A DNA stretch of 64,000 bases from Raja brachyura (Eukaryota), in contig OY740792.1 in the NCBI GenBank assembly GCA_963514005.1, positions 21,080,001 through 21,144,000 on the forward strand. Reading direction: 5' to 3'. The notes under the pieces were generated by a model, which saw nothing but the letters and a program-made list of their open reading frames with translations, made no database searches and was not told where the DNA came from. How positions within the stretch are numbered: position 1 is the first letter of the stretch; each line of letters opens with the position of its first letter. Below are positions 61,951 through 64,000 of the stretch, piece after piece. The position numbers were made by a program, and so were the translations under genes.

Positions 61951-61956
61951 GAGTAA

Positions 61957-62390
61957 AGGGCCTGTCCCACCAGCATGCGATTGCATGCGTCTAGCGCTAC
62001 CAAACGTGGTCGCTTGAGGCGTACGGCCGCGCGGGGCTGGTCCAACTTCGAACCGCGGAGGCATATGGAGTTGTGCGGGGCTGGTCCCTACATCGCACGG
62101 GGCTCCGTAAATCCTGCACTGTTCGAAAATTCCGTGCGCCAACGACCTGTTGGCCCGCAGGCACATTGAGGGCGTACGCAGTGTCTTGACGTCACCACCC
62201 AACGCCGTGCGACGTCCAAATTCAGTCCACTGCCCAGCTGATTGGTGAGTATGATGTCGGGACCAGCCCCACACAATTCCATACACCTACGAGGTTCGAA
62301 ATGGAACCGGCCCCACACGGCCGCACACCTCAAGCGACCACGTTTGGTCGCGCTAGACGCATGCAATCGCATGCTAGTGGGACAGGCCAT
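61957..62390. mobile_element. PIF/Harbinger MITE related to 38356..39243
   Basis: TIR agggcctgtcccaccagcatgcgattgcatgcgtctagcg with an inverted copy at the right end; TAA on the left. Confidence 0.82.
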
Positions 62391-63090
62391 TATGGGAAGA
62401 TAGCCAATCTAAAGAGGTCAGCGAGAGGGGCGAGTCAGGAACCAATCATGATTCTGTGGCATGATATCAGAGTAATCCAGCTAGTCCCACTTCTCTACTT
62501 GCTAAAGTTCTGCAAATTCTTTCCAATGCTTATCCTGTTCTCTTTTAATGCTACAGTTGAATTCTGTTCCACTGCTACATCTGGCAGTACATTCCAAACA
62601 GTCACTTGCTGTGTAAAAATATTTTTCCTCATTTCACTTTTTTTTGCCAATTACCTTTATTCTTTTACTCGTGTTCTTCACCAGTATGAAGAATTTCCTT
62701 CTATCTCCCTTGACTATACCTCTTATGATTGTAAGTACTTCCAGCTGATCTCTCACAGTCTGCTCTGTTCCAAGGAGAACAGCTTCTCTGGTGTATCCAT
62801 TTACCTGAACTCATTTTTAGATATCTTTTCTGTGACCCCTCTAAATTATTGGCTATGAAGTGTGGCATCCAGTACTAGATATACTGTTTTAATTGTATTT
62901 AATCAGTGTTTTATGAGGATCTGTTTGTTCTTCATTTAAAAAAAATCAAATGCTTTGTTACGTGGTTATTTCCAGGACAGTTTTATAATCTTTAGAACAG
63001 ACTTCTGAATCTGACATGGTTCAAATGAGTTCAAATTGGACTAGATCTCAGAAAATCTTTAAGATTGCTAAATTCAGATGATTTGGACTA

Positions 63091-63699
63091 ATGCCCCTGT
63101 CCCACTTAGGAAACCTGAACGGAAACCTCTGGAGACCTTGCGCCCCACCCAAGGTTTCCATGCGGTTCCCGGAGGTTTTTGTCAGTCTCCCTAATGGTCG
63201 AAAGTGGTTTCCGCTTCTTCTATGTTCCCGCGATTATTTTTAAAAAATTGAATAAACCTCTGGGAACCTCAGGGAACCTGACAAAAACCTCTGGGAACCT
63301 CCGGGAACCTCATGGAAACCTTGGTTGGGGCGCCAAGTCTCCAGAGGTTTCCGTTTAGGTTTCCTAAGTGGGACAGGGGCATTAGACCACCCTGGTGGAA
63401 TAAAACTGGGTGAAAAAAAGGTCTTACCTTCCAATACCTGCAACCTCTGGCAACCACCTTCAACTAGCATCGCAACCGGCTTTGACTAAAAAATTACCGA
63501 TTTTTAAAACAGCAACCTATTTTTAGTCGCGGCCGGTTTTGAATTTTTTGAAATAATTGCCGGAACATAGAAGAAGCGTAAACCACTTTCGACCATTAGG
63601 GAGACTGACAAAAACCTCCGGGAACCGCACGGAAACCTTGGGTGGGGCGCAAAGTCTCCAGAGGTTTCCGTTCAGGTTTCCTAAGTGGGACAGGGGCAT
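63091..63699. mobile_element. Composite MITE with long inverted repeats (gcccctgtcccacttagg TIR)
   Basis: 63091-63240 is inverted at ~63550-63699, and a third TIR copy ends near 63382. Confidence 0.75.
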
Positions 63700-64000
63700 T
63701 AGATTCTTCTAGCTCTTTTAGGAAAAAAACACTTTGACAATGCCATATAATAGTTCCTCATTTGTCCAATTTTTTTTGGATTCTGTCATCTGTAACTGCA
63801 AAAAATCTGATTATCAAAAGCGAAAAACATTTCTGCAACAGGTTGAGCAACATGTCAAGAGAGAGAAAGGCATTGACATGAATCATTATTCTGCTTTCCT
63901 CTCTGTAGAAGATGCCTTGGCTTGTTGATCTTGACCTGTATTTTTTATTTTATTAACAAATTGGTTATTTTTCAATCAGATTTCATAATGATTCCTCAAT

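Noticed and set aside
61471-62286. 271-aa ORF, the longest in the window
   Set aside because: A chimeric read-through from a MITE into a retrotransposon fragment.

Overview
This is AT-rich vertebrate DNA, not prokaryotic. The repeat families (CR1 LINEs with CTATGTTT/ATTGTCT tails, V-SINE/HE1-like SINEs, Penelope-type short repeats, Harbinger MITEs) point to a cartilaginous fish, probably a skate or ray. The window is mostly the interior of one large minus-strand gene. By hand I found 30 intact small exons (63-144 nt, about 3300 nt or 1100 aa in total). Each is bounded by AG/GT, has a length divisible by 3, is symmetric phase 1 and encodes Ser/Thr/Pro/acid-rich mucin-like peptide. Most look homologous and are ordered by age. 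The 5' exons (24-56 kb) are short and very diverged, and the middle ones (12-23 kb) are longer and internally duplicated. The 3' end (1.4-11.2 kb) is a recent ~600-bp exon+intron tandem array of nine 144-nt exons with an A/B higher-order structure. Several dead exon copies are interspersed. No start exon, transmembrane segment or folded domain is visible, so the gene cannot be named. The introns hold CR1, Rex/Babar, RTE and HERO-like LINE fragments, SINEs, Harbinger and hAT non-autonomous elements, and short Penelope-type insertions carrying minimal hammerhead ribozyme motifs. All coordinates and translations were made by hand.
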